A stretch of 64,000 bases of DNA from an uncultured delta proteobacterium (GTDB taxonomy: Bacteria; Myxococcota_A; Polyangia; Fen-1088). Below are positions 43,197-53,516 of this stretch, in pieces. Numbering within the stretch: the stretch's first letter is position 1; each line of letters opens with the position of its first letter. The notes under the pieces were generated by a model, which saw only the letters and a program-made list of their open reading frames with translations, had not been told where the DNA came from and ran no database searches. The position numbers and the translations under genes were made by a program. The stretch spans positions 352,001-416,000 of the forward strand of contig CAWCMR010000008.1 in NCBI GenBank assembly GCA_963796685.1. Direction: 5' to 3'.

Positions 43197-43961
43197 ATGC
43201 GAATCCGCTACGCAGCCAAGACGGATCAAGGACTCAAGCGTAACCACAACGAGGATTACTTCTGCCTCATCGAGGAGGAGCAGCTTTTTCTCGTGGCGGA
43301 CGGCATGGGCGGACACGCCTGCGGCGAGGTCGCTTCCAAGATGGCCGCCGACGTGGTCCGCGAGTTCTTCGCTCGGACGCGCGACGAGGACGTCACCTGG
43401 CCGTACAAGATGGACCACACCTTGTCGGTGCTGGAAAATCGGCTGAACGTCGGCATCCGCCTGGCCAACAAGAAGATTCACGAGTCGGCGTCCAAGGACG
43501 TACGCCTGAGCGGGATGGGGACTACCGTCGTCATCGGCCAGATCGCCGACGACCGCTTCTACGTGGCGCACGTGGGGGATTCGCGCTGCTACCGTGTGCG
43601 CGAAGGACAGGTCAAACAGCTGACCCGCGACCACTCCCTGCTCGAAGACTACAAGGAAGCGCGCCCCGGCATGAGCGACGAGGAGCAGCGCAAATTCCCG
43701 CACAAGAACGTGATCACGCGCGCTCTCGGGATGCGCGACACCGTCCAAGTGGACATCACGTCCGAGGAGATCCAGGACGGCGACATCTTCCTGCTGTGCT
43801 CGGATGGACTGTCCGGCATGGTTCAGGATACGACCCTTCCCGAGCATCTGAAGGTGGGCGGAGATCTGGACGCAGCCGTGAACAAGCTGGTCGCGGCCGC
43901 CAATGCCGCGGGCGGCACCGATAACATCACGGTGCTGGTGCTGGAGTGCCGCCAGAGCTAG
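43197..43961 (+). CDS. PP2C-type Ser/Thr phosphatase (Stp1/PrpC-like)
   Basis: [37 protein letters not shown]. Confidence 0.93.
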   Translation: MRIRYAAKTDQGLKRNHNEDYFCLIEEEQLFLVADGMGGHACGEVASKMAADVVREFFARTRDEDVTWPYKMDHTLSVLENRLNVGIRLANKKIHESASKDVRLSGMGTTVVIGQIADDRFYVAHVGDSRCYRVREGQVKQLTRDHSLLEDYKEARPGMSDEEQRKFPHKNVITRALGMRDTVQVDITSEEIQDGDIFLLCSDGLSGMVQDTTLPEHLKVGGDLDAAVNKLVAAANAAGGTDNITVLVLECRQS

Positions 43962-44083
43962 CCAGCCAGCCCGCGTGATTCGTCAGGATCGGATCGCGGA
44001 GGGGCACGCCCCGACAGTCATCGACGGGCTCCGCAAATCGACTGGACGGCCAAGCGGTGTCGCGGCTCGCATTCGCGCGCAGC

Positions 44084-46645
44084 TCACTGCTGGCAAGACT
44101 TGACCTCGACGGCCTCGCTGCCGCGAGGGCCGAAGCGTTTGAGCACGCTCCAGTGGGCTTTGCCGCCGAGCTTTTGCACGAGCGGCAGCACGCTTTCCGC
44201 CAACACCTCGGGTTCGGCGCCGCGAATGACGATGTCCGGGCGGCCTTCGAAGACCTGCTCGAGCTCGACGCGTACGCGCCCCCCCATGGCCTGGGCAATG
44301 TCGTGCAATCCGGTCACCAGCGCTGCCTCGGCCACGTCGGCCGTCTGGCCGGCCCTTCCACAGTCGCGCAGGACCAGGCCGCGGTCGAGATAGGACGCCT
44401 CGTGGGGATGAATGCTCTCCCACGCGGGAAGTGCCGCGGGTGGATCAGGGGGACGCTGGAACCACCCCGGCGGAATGGTCAGGAAGATGGCACCACGGTC
44501 CTCGAGGCCGATCACCAGCCGGCCGTCCGGCGCCTCCGCCAGCGCGAGCACGCGCGTGTCGGCCAGCATGGGGATCGCCGGGTGCACCTGGTCCACGTGC
44601 TCCTTGTCGCGCAACACCCACAGGCCGCGCCCACCCAGCCACAGCCGCTTGGTGCCGTCGCGCATGAACAAGCTGACCTCGTCGTCGAGCCCTTCGGGCC
44701 TGAGCAGCTCGCAACTGCCCCACTTGATGTTGAAGACGCAGAGCCCGTGATCCGTGGCCAGCAGCAGCTCCTCTTTTTGGTTTCCCCAGAGGGTCAGGTC
44801 GCGGATGAGCAACCTGTGGCCATCGAGCTTGACCGGAACTTCATCGATGAGCGGCACACCGCCGGCTTCATTGCTGTCGAGCCGGACCAGCGCCCAGCTC
44901 GACTCCCCAGTGGGCAGGCCGTAGAACGGCGAGGTGTAGGCTTCGGCGAAGTGTAGCGGGTCGCCAATGGGGGTATTGGGGTGGCCGTGGCCGTGGCCTG
45001 CTGTCGCGACACGCGCGCCGGCTCCGCTCCCCGCATTCGCCGGTCCCGCGCGCATCACCATGCGCCAATGACCGCCCGCGAAGCTCCATAGACCTTGATC
45101 GTCCACATTCCAAAGCTGCCTGTCGGGCGTCGCGAAGGTGTCGTCGGGCTCGATGGGCAATTCCTCGCGGCCGAGCACGGTCAGGACCTTGCCATCCCAG
45201 CGCGCGGTCAGGAACACGTCGCGCAGGCCGTGAATATGGCCGACGTAGTTGCGGGGCGGCCCGGCCTTGGCGATGACGTAGCTGACCTCCCCCTCGATGG
45301 GGATCGTGGTCATGGCCGCCCACAGGCGCTCTTTCTCGCCGGGCCTGGGAAAGCCCATGAGCTCGGCCGGGGGCATGATGGGGTCCGGGAGGGGATGCCA
45401 GCCGCCGCCTTTGTAGAAGAGCGGCCCGCCCTCGCCGTAGAACGACATGCCGTTCGTCAAACGCACGATGGTAGAGGGTCTGGAAACGGAATCCTGCCCC
45501 TCGAGAAAATGACGGCGGGTGAGCTCGGACGTGAACTCCATGAAACCGCCACGCGCCAACGTGACCAAGACGCGGTGGCCGGCGAGATGGGCTTGGCCCA
45601 CGGCCACCACCGCGTCGTTTTCGCGATGTCCGGCGGCCAGGGCATCCAGCGGTTGCCAGCCGGAGAGGTTCGCGTCGCTGACGGAGACACCGTCGTGGGA
45701 GACCACGAGAACGCGCTCGGCATCGCGCTCTTCGAGCACCTGCGTGATCGGCGTCGAGGGCGCGGCCTGGGCTGCGCGCTTTCCGCCTGCCCCGTGCAGA
45801 AGAACCGGCTTCGTCCCGGGCAGCAGGCGAACCACGTAGCTCGGCGACTCGCCCGATCGATCCGAGCCGCCAAAGGCCCAGATTTGACCGTCGGACAGCT
45901 CGACGAAGCCGCGCAGCCCGGGCCAACCGGCCTTCCACGCCATATCCTTGCGGGCACCCGTCACGAGATCGAGAACATGCACGAGACCGCCGCTGGCGAA
46001 CCAAAGTCGATCCTCGCTGTCGAGAAATAGGCGAGAGCCGCTGCCCACGGAATAGGTGCGGCCCTGCCCATCGTCCTTGACCAGCAAACGTTCATCCGAC
46101 TCCGATCCGGCCGGCGGACGGTAGGCGATCACCAGCGCGCCGTCTTTCGCCCGCTTGCCAACCCACTGGGGCTGTCCTGGGACATCGGTGACCTCCTCGA
46201 TACCGAGGTCGCTCGCGGTCACGCGGACGATGGAGCCGTTGGCAATGCCGACGAGCACATGGGTCTTGTCGGCTGGGCCGAGGCAGGTGGCGCGGCGGCG
46301 CAAGACCTTCTCCTGGCGCAACTTGAACGTCTCGGCATCGAAGGTGACCAGGTTTCCCGACGCCGCCAGGCCGAAGATTTGTCCGTCGAGCAGGCGGCTG
46401 TCCACGATGGCGTTGCGATCGAAGTGATACTCGATACCCAGCTTGAGCTGCTCGGGCTTGTGCTTGACGTGGAATACGACCCGTCTTGGGCGCCCGCCTT
46501 CCCCTTCGTCGTCCAGCCCCGACGGCGGCGAAAAGACGAAGCTGACCGTGGCAATGACGACCGCGCCCGCAAGCGCGAGGATGAGCCAGCGTTTGCTTCG
46601 CCCACGAGTCTTGACAGGTTGGTCTGGTGGGGCGTCGTCACTCAT
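44084..46645 (-). CDS. Large membrane-anchored hypothetical protein, probable beta-propeller repeats
   Basis: N-terminal TM helix; recurring D.xGRLW/IW-type blades (DSEDRLW, DGQIW, DRQLW, DGTKRLW, DGRLV). Confidence 0.6.
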   Translation of the reverse strand: MSDDAPPDQPVKTRGRSKRWLILALAGAVVIATVSFVFSPPSGLDDEGEGGRPRRVVFHVKHKPEQLKLGIEYHFDRNAIVDSRLLDGQIFGLAASGNLVTFDAETFKLRQEKVLRRRATCLGPADKTHVLVGIANGSIVRVTASDLGIEEVTDVPGQPQWVGKRAKDGALVIAYRPPAGSESDERLLVKDDGQGRTYSVGSGSRLFLDSEDRLWFASGGLVHVLDLVTGARKDMAWKAGWPGLRGFVELSDGQIWAFGGSDRSGESPSYVVRLLPGTKPVLLHGAGGKRAAQAAPSTPITQVLEERDAERVLVVSHDGVSVSDANLSGWQPLDALAAGHRENDAVVAVGQAHLAGHRVLVTLARGGFMEFTSELTRRHFLEGQDSVSRPSTIVRLTNGMSFYGEGGPLFYKGGGWHPLPDPIMPPAELMGFPRPGEKERLWAAMTTIPIEGEVSYVIAKAGPPRNYVGHIHGLRDVFLTARWDGKVLTVLGREELPIEPDDTFATPDRQLWNVDDQGLWSFAGGHWRMVMRAGPANAGSGAGARVATAGHGHGHPNTPIGDPLHFAEAYTSPFYGLPTGESSWALVRLDSNEAGGVPLIDEVPVKLDGHRLLIRDLTLWGNQKEELLLATDHGLCVFNIKWGSCELLRPEGLDDEVSLFMRDGTKRLWLGGRGLWVLRDKEHVDQVHPAIPMLADTRVLALAEAPDGRLVIGLEDRGAIFLTIPPGWFQRPPDPPAALPAWESIHPHEASYLDRGLVLRDCGRAGQTADVAEAALVTGLHDIAQAMGGRVRVELEQVFEGRPDIVIRGAEPEVLAESVLPLVQKLGGKAHWSVLKRFGPRGSEAVEVKSCQQ

Positions 46646-46677
46646 GCGGAGGTCGGCCTAGGATACACGAGCCGCAA

Positions 46678-47235
46678 CTATAGGAAACGGGGGACGCGCG
46701 CCTGCTTTCGTGGCCTCAAGACTTTGAGAAATTCCTCCGATCCCCAGGCCAGGCAGTCGAGCGCGTTATCGTTGATCTCACCGTCCTCGCGCAAGACGCC
46801 GTGTTGGGCATGAACCTTCACGATTTCGGCGACGAAGAGATCGTGACTGCCGAGCGGCAAGGTATGCCGGACCTGGCACTCGAGGTTGATCGGGCACTCG
46901 GCGATGAGGGGCGCCGTGACGACCGAGGGGGGGTGCTTGGCCAACCCCAAGGCCGCAAATTTGTCGCTGTCCCGCCCGGAGGTCGTGCCACACAGCTCGA
47001 CCGCATGGATCTGTCTGGAAGTCGGGATATTCACGACGAACTCGTTGGTAGCGAGGATGGTGCCGTGGCTGTGGCGCGATTTGCGTAGCGACACGGTGAC
47101 CATGGGTGGCGTCGTGCACGCCACGCCGGCCCAGCTGATGGTCAAGATATTGTCTCTGCCTTGGTGGTCGCGCGTCGTCACCAGCAGCACCGGTCGAGGG
47201 AAGAACCAGGGTCGGGGAACGATCTTTTTCTTCAT
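46678..47235 (-). CDS. Flavin reductase-like family protein
   Basis: P.PVLLVT, NILTISWAG, CGTTSGRD.DKF, ECPINLEC, GSHDLF. Confidence 0.88.
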   Translation of the reverse strand: MKKKIVPRPWFFPRPVLLVTTRDHQGRDNILTISWAGVACTTPPMVTVSLRKSRHSHGTILATNEFVVNIPTSRQIHAVELCGTTSGRDSDKFAALGLAKHPPSVVTAPLIAECPINLECQVRHTLPLGSHDLFVAEIVKVHAQHGVLREDGEINDNALDCLAWGSEEFLKVLRPRKQARVPRFL

Positions 47236-47366
47236 GAGATTGCAAGGCTCGGCAAGGTGAACGAGGTTACCAGTCGAAGCGATGAGATTCCAATGCTCAC
47301 GGCCGATCGTTGCACAGCCGAAACCCTCTCCCCAAGCCACGAAAACCGCGTCCTCGCGGATACCGG

Positions 47367-48653
47367 CTAAGGGGCCGAGGGCCGCGCCGTCCGTCCCTGC
47401 ACGACATAGGCGATGGCGCCAACACCCAGGGTTGCGAGCCCGATGAGTCCTTCGACGGGTCGCTGCACCACGGTGAAGATCGTCGCGCCCACGACGAAGG
47501 AAAGAAACAAGCCGGGCACCCATGGCCAGCCCGGTACGGGCAAGGCCCGCCCCTCCTTGAGACGCAGTCGGCACAACCCGATGATGGTGGCGACCGTGCT
47601 GATGCCCAGGGTGAAACCGACGTAGGTAAGAATGTGCTCGAAGGTTGCCGTCCATAGCGCCAGGAGGCCGAGCGCGAGCTGCGCGAGCAGTGCCAGGCGC
47701 GGCGGACGCCCGGCCGAGGCGGCGAAGACGCGGGGAAGCAGCCCGTCGCGCGCCATGCGCGCGGCCACCTGCGGACCGGTCATGGTCAGCGCGGACACGC
47801 AAAGGGCCAAGGCCAGCGCCACCAGGGCCGATACGGCAGCGGCCAGGCGCGGTCCCCCGACGGCGGCGGCCGCCACGTGCGCCACATCGATGCGACCCGC
47901 CAGCAACGACGGTGGTGCCGCAAACACGAAGAAGGCGTTCAGGGCCATGTATAGGATCGTGACGATCGAGGTGCCAAGGATGAGCGAGCGGGGCAGATTG
48001 CGTTTGGGATTCTTGACCTCGCCACCGATGTAGACGGCGGCGTTCCAGCCGAGGTAGCTGAAGGACACCAAGACCAAGGCCAGTCCCAACCTCCCGACAT
48101 GCCCCGTCTCCCCCGTGGCGTGGAAACCGTTCGGGTAGAGCCGCCCGAGACCGAAGGAGGCGAAGAGGGTAATGAGCACCACCTCGGCCACGACGATCGC
48201 GGCCTGGATGCGCGCGCCGAGGGACACCGAACCGAAGTGCAGGAGGGACGCCCCGATCATTAGGACTGTCGCGGCCAGACGTGGGCTCAGCCCGGCGGGC
48301 AGCCAGGGTCGCATGTACTCGGCGAAGGCGAAGGCCAGGGCGCCCAGCGGGACCGCGAAGCCGACGATGAGCGAAAGCCAGCCCGCCACATAGGCCACCG
48401 CCGGGTGCAGCGTGCGCGACAGGAAGACGTACTCGCCCCCCGATTCGGGAATTCGCTGGGCCAAGGCGCCGTAGCAAAGCGCCCCCAAGAGCGCGACGAC
48501 GCCTCCGAGCAGCCAAGTGACAAGCACCAGCCACGGCGAACCGAGGATATCCATCAGAATGCCGCTGGTGGTGAACACACCGGTTCCCACCATGTTGGCC
48601 ACCACCAGCGCGGTGGCGGCCCCTGGACCGAGTCGTCTCTCTCCGTCGCACAT
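47367..48653 (-). CDS. APC-family amino acid permease
   Basis: NMVGTGVF, GGEYVFL, FSYLGWN, GEVKNPKRNLP; multiple TM helices. Confidence 0.9.
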   Translation of the reverse strand: MCDGERRLGPGAATALVVANMVGTGVFTTSGILMDILGSPWLVLVTWLLGGVVALLGALCYGALAQRIPESGGEYVFLSRTLHPAVAYVAGWLSLIVGFAVPLGALAFAFAEYMRPWLPAGLSPRLAATVLMIGASLLHFGSVSLGARIQAAIVVAEVVLITLFASFGLGRLYPNGFHATGETGHVGRLGLALVLVSFSYLGWNAAVYIGGEVKNPKRNLPRSLILGTSIVTILYMALNAFFVFAAPPSLLAGRIDVAHVAAAAVGGPRLAAAVSALVALALALCVSALTMTGPQVAARMARDGLLPRVFAASAGRPPRLALLAQLALGLLALWTATFEHILTYVGFTLGISTVATIIGLCRLRLKEGRALPVPGWPWVPGLFLSFVVGATIFTVVQRPVEGLIGLATLGVGAIAYVVQGRTARPSAP

Positions 48654-48736
48654 GCGCTGCCAGTACAGCACAGCCGAGCACGCACGGCGACAACCTTCTA
48701 CGCGCGAGCGGGAGAGACGCGAGACGCGAAGCTGGC

Positions 48737-49381
48737 CTACTTGCGTTCCTGATGCTGAAGGCGCCCCACGAATGCCAGCCAGCGCGCCCGTTCGCTGTCG
48801 CCGGCATTCACGATTTCGACGCCCACGCCGAACTGGGCCTGCGTGTCGTCCGCGCTTTCCTGAACCCGGGTCACGCGCCCGTGCACCACCGCGCTCTCCG
48901 CGCCGGCTGAGACCGCCAGGCGCAAGACGTCGCCCACCGCCAGCAACAGCGACGTGGCGAGCAGCACCCCGTTCGCGCTCAGGTTCTCGGTCCATCCGGG
49001 CATGTCCTCTTGCCCAAGGGACAAGGTCACCGACGAGGTCACCACGCATACCGACACCGGCAACCGTGCCGCGATTCGGACGGGATTGCGCCTGGGATCC
49101 GCGCCGAGCGGCGACAGGCGCTTGAAGGTCACCGTGACCGGCGGGCCTGCGGCCACGCGCAGAACCTGGCCGACGGCGGTGAACTGTCCCGACGGGGTCC
49201 GGTAGCGCACGGTCGCCTGGGCCTCGGACTCCAGACCCTGGGGCGGCGCCAGCAAGTCGGGAAAGGTGAGCAGGACCTCGCTCGGGCGCATGCTCAGCAC
49301 GAATCCGCTCAGGAGGACCGGGTTTTGAAGGTCTTCCATCGAAACCTCCACCCACTGTCCTGCGGCGAGCTGACTCTCCAT
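48737..49381 (-). CDS. PilZ-domain (c-di-GMP receptor-like) protein
   Basis: RRNPVR RxxxR-like motif, NLSANG, GVEI; YcgR-like two-barrel size. Confidence 0.7.
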   Translation of the reverse strand: MESQLAAGQWVEVSMEDLQNPVLLSGFVLSMRPSEVLLTFPDLLAPPQGLESEAQATVRYRTPSGQFTAVGQVLRVAAGPPVTVTFKRLSPLGADPRRNPVRIAARLPVSVCVVTSSVTLSLGQEDMPGWTENLSANGVLLATSLLLAVGDVLRLAVSAGAESAVVHGRVTRVQESADDTQAQFGVGVEIVNAGDSERARWLAFVGRLQHQERK

Positions 49382-49649
49382 ATTTCCTTTTCGATTCGGG
49401 TGGCCGTCCGCACGGCTGACGGCTGTCGCACCGTCGGCGATTCGCGCTCCCTTTGAGCATCGGCGTCCGGCTCGAAACCTTGACCCACAAATACGCGGAA
49501 TTCATGAGCAAGGCACACTGACGCATTGATTCCACGGGCATGGGTGGGGCCTATCACTGCCGAACCCGTGATTCCTCGCACTTGCTCTATTTTGCCAGGC
49601 AGTGCAGTTTACCGCCTTTGATTCATCCCCAGGCAAAGGAACCAAGCGC

Positions 49650-50309
49650 GTGCAAGCACTCATGGACCTGTTCCACCAAGTCTACAATGTTCGAGGAATC
49701 ATCGAATGGGGCGGCATGGCCGCGCTGGTCGCGGTCATCTTCTCCGAGACCGGCCTCTTGGTGGGCTTCTTTCTGCCGGGCGATTCCCTGTTGGTGACCG
49801 CGGGCGTGTTCTGCACCTCGGCCAACCCGACGGGAAAGCCGCTGCTCAACATCCTGTGGCTCAACCTCGCGGTGGGCATTGCCGCTGTCCTGGGCGATCA
49901 GGTGGGGTTCTATATCGGGCGAAAGACCGGGCCCAAGCTCTTCAAGAGGGAAAACTCCCTGCTCTTCAACAAGAAGCACCTCGTGCGCACGCACGAATTC
50001 TACGAGCGCCACGGTGGCAAAACCATCATCATCGCGCGTTTCATGCCCATCATCCGCACCTTCGCGCCCGTCGTCGCCGGCGTGGGCGACATGAACTACC
50101 GCCGCTTCGTCAGCTACAACGTCTTCGGCGGCATCGGCTGGGTGATGAGCATGACCGGGATCGGCTACGGACTGGCCTCGGTGTGGCCGGACGTGACCAA
50201 ACACATCGAGAAGCTTATCATCCTGGTCATCTTCCTATCGCTGCTGCCTGGTATGATCGCTTACCTGCGCAACCACTTGGCCAAACGGAATGAAAAACCG
50301 GCAACCTGA
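49650..50309 (+). CDS. DedA/VTT-family membrane protein
   Basis: FSETGL..FLPGDSLL, GDQVGF, ARFMPIIRTFAP; start 49650 or 49662. Confidence 0.92.
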   Translation: MQALMDLFHQVYNVRGIIEWGGMAALVAVIFSETGLLVGFFLPGDSLLVTAGVFCTSANPTGKPLLNILWLNLAVGIAAVLGDQVGFYIGRKTGPKLFKRENSLLFNKKHLVRTHEFYERHGGKTIIIARFMPIIRTFAPVVAGVGDMNYRRFVSYNVFGGIGWVMSMTGIGYGLASVWPDVTKHIEKLIILVIFLSLLPGMIAYLRNHLAKRNEKPAT

Positions 50310-50796
50310 AAAGAAACGCCACACCGCACCCGCCAGCACCAAGACGAGCCCACCGGTTGCCACGAAGCCGCCCAAGGTCGCCTTTCCCAAGAAGAACCAA
50401 CCGCCCACCGCTGCTGCCTTCGCGGCTCGCCTGCCGCTGACCCTCGGCAAGCGCTTCGAGATGGCGCGTTCCTTTCTCTTGCGGCAGGAAAAGGTACGCG
50501 AAGACGTCTATTTCTACGGCCCGAAGACTGGCTGGGCTTTGCGCTACCTCGTCGGCGAGAAGCCCCTGTGCTCGCTGCTCCTGCACGAAGACTCGCCCGT
50601 GGGGATCGTCGCGCTCTCGGCGTCCGCCACGGCGGCGGTGGACTGGAGAAGTCTGTCGCTGGTCGGCCAACTCGCGCGCAAGCACGCCCACGGCAGCCCA
50701 TCCATGCTGTGGCTGGACGTTCCCTTGGCGGGGCAAGGAGCCGCGGATTTCAAGTCCATCCTTCGCGTCAAGTTGGCGACACTGGCGAGCGACTAA
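50290..50796 (+). CDS. DUF3788-like hypothetical protein
   Basis: FYGPKTGWALRY..KPLC motif; family from recall. Confidence 0.5.
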   Translation: MKNRQPEKKRHTAPASTKTSPPVATKPPKVAFPKKNQPPTAAAFAARLPLTLGKRFEMARSFLLRQEKVREDVYFYGPKTGWALRYLVGEKPLCSLLLHEDSPVGIVALSASATAAVDWRSLSLVGQLARKHAHGSPSMLWLDVPLAGQGAADFKSILRVKLATLASD

Positions 50797-52367
50797 TTTC
50801 GTTCGTAGAGGACGATGAAGTTGTCGGCCACCGGCTGCCAATGCCATTCCCAATAGCGCTCGACGGGATGGTAGGAGGCCGCGAGCTCGGGTCGCGCGAT
50901 CAGCGCGGTTTCCCCCTGCCAATAGCCCGGATGGTACCAGACGCCCGCCGTGCCCGGCCGCGTGCGCGTGTTGAGAACCACGACCCGAGGTTTGCGGTCA
51001 AGGATGTAGGCCGCATCGAACTTCTGGTGGAGCCCGCCTTCGACCTCCTGGGCGATGTGCCGATCGCAAAGTCCGGTCATGTCGAGGGCGGGGTTGGGCA
51101 AGGCGTAGGGCAAGGCGCCGGCATGATTGACGGCCACCAACGCGTCCGCCGGATACCTGGCGGCGATGAACTTCGCGGCGCCAAGGGCCGCCTGAACCAT
51201 CGTTCCCTCCTGGTAGGCAATGGCCGGCAACCGTTTGCCCGCGAACGCATCTGCCAGAAGCGAGGCGGGTGGCAGGAAACCCGAGCCCGCGAGCGCGCAG
51301 GCCAGGCCCAGAGCCAAGCGGCGGTTGGCCCGCTCGCGCCCGACGGCCGTAGCGGCGAGCGCCACCAGGGACGGAACCACGGGCAAGAGCATGCGTCCGT
51401 GCCACATCCAATCCCCGCCCGCCCCGACCACGGCAACGAGGGCCAGGGTCAAGAAGGCCAGCACGCATCGGATCCTCCGACCCGCGATCCCCGCCAACCA
51501 GAGCGCCAGCGTGGTCGCCGCGAGCAATGCAAGCGCCGGCGAGGCATAGAGGATCCCTGATTCCAGCCTGAAGAGAAGCTGGCCCGTGGCCTTCGCATAG
51601 TACGTGTTGGGCAACCACGCGCCGTAGTAGGCGCGTCGAAACATGAACCAGGCCGCGGCCGGGCCGAGACCAAGGGTGAGGAAGCTCGGCCGAACCGCCG
51701 CCGGCCCGTGGGCCAGCCGGGCGAGCACGGCCAAGGCGCAGGCGAGGAGCGGCCCTTCCGGTCGCGCCAATCCCAAGAGTGCCGCCGCCAGCGACCACCG
51801 CCACGGCGAAGAAGCCACCAGGGTCCATGCCCCGAACGTGACGAGCGCGGCGAACAGAGCCGTTTCGAGGCCAGCCGGCGCCCAGAAGTAAAGCGGGTAC
51901 ACCAGCGAGGTCGCGGCGCAAGCGGCGGCGGCAACCACGCGGCTCTGCGCGCTCTCGAGGGCGAACCGATGCACCAGCACCAGGCACAGGGCCGAGCAGG
52001 CGACACCAAGAGCTCCCGCGAAGGTGGTCAGCTCGGCCCCGAACGCCTTCCCTAGCACCAGGAGCCCCAGCCACAGCGGCGAGGAATAGCCCTCGACGTG
52101 CTCGCCTCGATTCCACACCGGCCCGAGCCCGGCCACGAGGTTGTCGGCGTAGCGAAATGCGATGAACGCGTCGTCGCAAATTTGCTGCCAGTGCTGGCGG
52201 GTCAGCGCGACGAAGCACAGAATCGCCGCCCCGAGCAGGGCCCGCTCGGCCAGCCCCAAAACACCTCGCCCCGCGCAGCGGGGAGAGGTCGCCGAGCGCA
52301 GCGAGGCGGGTGAGGGGCTGTCCGAAGGATCCGGGCCTTCGGCCCGGCGGCGGGACCGGCGTGACAA
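50793..52367 (-). CDS. GT-C-type polytopic membrane glycosyltransferase (arabinofuranosyltransferase-like)
   Basis: DDAFIAFRYA.N..G.G.VWN.GE.VEGYSS, GLET, RPEG, PNTYYAK; start uncertain. Confidence 0.7.
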   Translation of the reverse strand: MSRRSRRRAEGPDPSDSPSPASLRSATSPRCAGRGVLGLAERALLGAAILCFVALTRQHWQQICDDAFIAFRYADNLVAGLGPVWNRGEHVEGYSSPLWLGLLVLGKAFGAELTTFAGALGVACSALCLVLVHRFALESAQSRVVAAAACAATSLVYPLYFWAPAGLETALFAALVTFGAWTLVASSPWRWSLAAALLGLARPEGPLLACALAVLARLAHGPAAVRPSFLTLGLGPAAAWFMFRRAYYGAWLPNTYYAKATGQLLFRLESGILYASPALALLAATTLALWLAGIAGRRIRCVLAFLTLALVAVVGAGGDWMWHGRMLLPVVPSLVALAATAVGRERANRRLALGLACALAGSGFLPPASLLADAFAGKRLPAIAYQEGTMVQAALGAAKFIAARYPADALVAVNHAGALPYALPNPALDMTGLCDRHIAQEVEGGLHQKFDAAYILDRKPRVVVLNTRTRPGTAGVWYHPGYWQGETALIARPELAASYHPVERYWEWHWQPVADNFIVLYERN

Positions 52368-52371
52368 GGCA

Positions 52372-53397
52372 CTATTCCCTCGCCTCCTTCGTCTTGGCCT
52401 TGGGCAGCGGGCGGGTGCGCGGGTGGCGCACGCTGAACGCGGGCTTCTGGTTGGGGTCGCAATGGGGACCGAACCCATCCGCTTTGAAATCGTAGCCCAG
52501 TCGGCCGCGCATCCCCCCCTTGACGGCCTCGATCTCCACATTGTGCTGGCCGGCCCGCGCTGGCGAGCAGTACGAGAGCAGATAGTAGCGACGTGAATAG
52601 CCCTCGATGCGCGTGCCGATCTCGTCAAAGCCGCGCCGGATATCGGCCGGATTCTTCGAGGTGAAGGTTCCGTTGCGCCCGATGGCGCGGATCTCCTGTT
52701 CGTTGACCTCCGACCCCACCGCGATGGCGTAGACCTCGACATCGACGTCGTTCAGGGCCTCGTGCAGGGCGTCCCGCGAAACGCGGGCGGCGTGGTCGGT
52801 GCCATCGGTGAAAACCACCAGCGTGCCGAAGCGCAGGGGGACCGACGACTGGCTCATCTGGTGGTCGAGGGTCTTGATCGCCTCGATCACCGCGCCGTTG
52901 AGATTCGTCGAGGGATCCTTGGACTGGTAGCCCGCGAAGGCGCGCAAGGTGGCCTGCGGATCCCCGCCGCCGAAAGGAACGACCTGCGCGATGTGGGGAC
53001 TTCCGTCGAAGGCGTAAATGCCGAGCTTCTGGTACCGCCCGACCTGCTGCGCGAAGGAGGCCGCCCCCGCCACGACCTTGTCCAGATCCGGGGAGCCGAC
53101 CACGCTCCCGCTCATGTCAACGAGGAGCAAGGTGTAGTGCGCGGCAGCCACTTCAGGTTGCAAGATGGTTTGCTGGCTCTCGAAGATCGACACGGGTTGG
53201 CCGTCTTCGTAGATGTGGAAGTCGGCTGGCGTCAAATCCGGCACCGGAGCGCCCCGCGAGGTGTCCACGGTGAAGTAGACGGCGATGTTCGACGGCTTTT
53301 GCACGGAACGGTCGACCATCTGCAGCTTCAGGCTGGCACAGCCCGCGCCCGAGACAGCCGTGGCAAGCACAAAAACGTGAAGGAATTTCGCGTGCAT
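52372..53397 (-). CDS. VWA-domain lipoprotein
   Basis: Lipobox-like GAGC, MIDAS DMSGS, STNL, FTDG. Confidence 0.8.
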   Translation of the reverse strand: MHAKFLHVFVLATAVSGAGCASLKLQMVDRSVQKPSNIAVYFTVDTSRGAPVPDLTPADFHIYEDGQPVSIFESQQTILQPEVAAAHYTLLLVDMSGSVVGSPDLDKVVAGAASFAQQVGRYQKLGIYAFDGSPHIAQVVPFGGGDPQATLRAFAGYQSKDPSTNLNGAVIEAIKTLDHQMSQSSVPLRFGTLVVFTDGTDHAARVSRDALHEALNDVDVEVYAIAVGSEVNEQEIRAIGRNGTFTSKNPADIRRGFDEIGTRIEGYSRRYYLLSYCSPARAGQHNVEIEAVKGGMRGRLGYDFKADGFGPHCDPNQKPAFSVRHPRTRPLPKAKTKEARE

Positions 53398-53516
53398 GGC
53401 GCGAAGTATAGACCTGGCGCGGGCAGGAAAAACAAGGCATCTTTCGAGACGAAGTTCCTCCTGTCCGACATTCCTCGGATGAGGGCCTACCGAAAAATTC
53501 AAGCGTCGGAGCTGCC

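Noticed and set aside
46678-48807. 709-aa and 724-aa fusion-like ORF calls around the permease
   Set aside because: These are upstream open-frame extensions overlapping neighbouring genes; the real genes start near 47235 and 48653.
49382-49560. c-di-GMP riboswitch upstream of the PilZ gene
   Set aside because: The GEMM core (GGCAAAC..GAAA..GGACGCAAA) is not found on the relevant strand.
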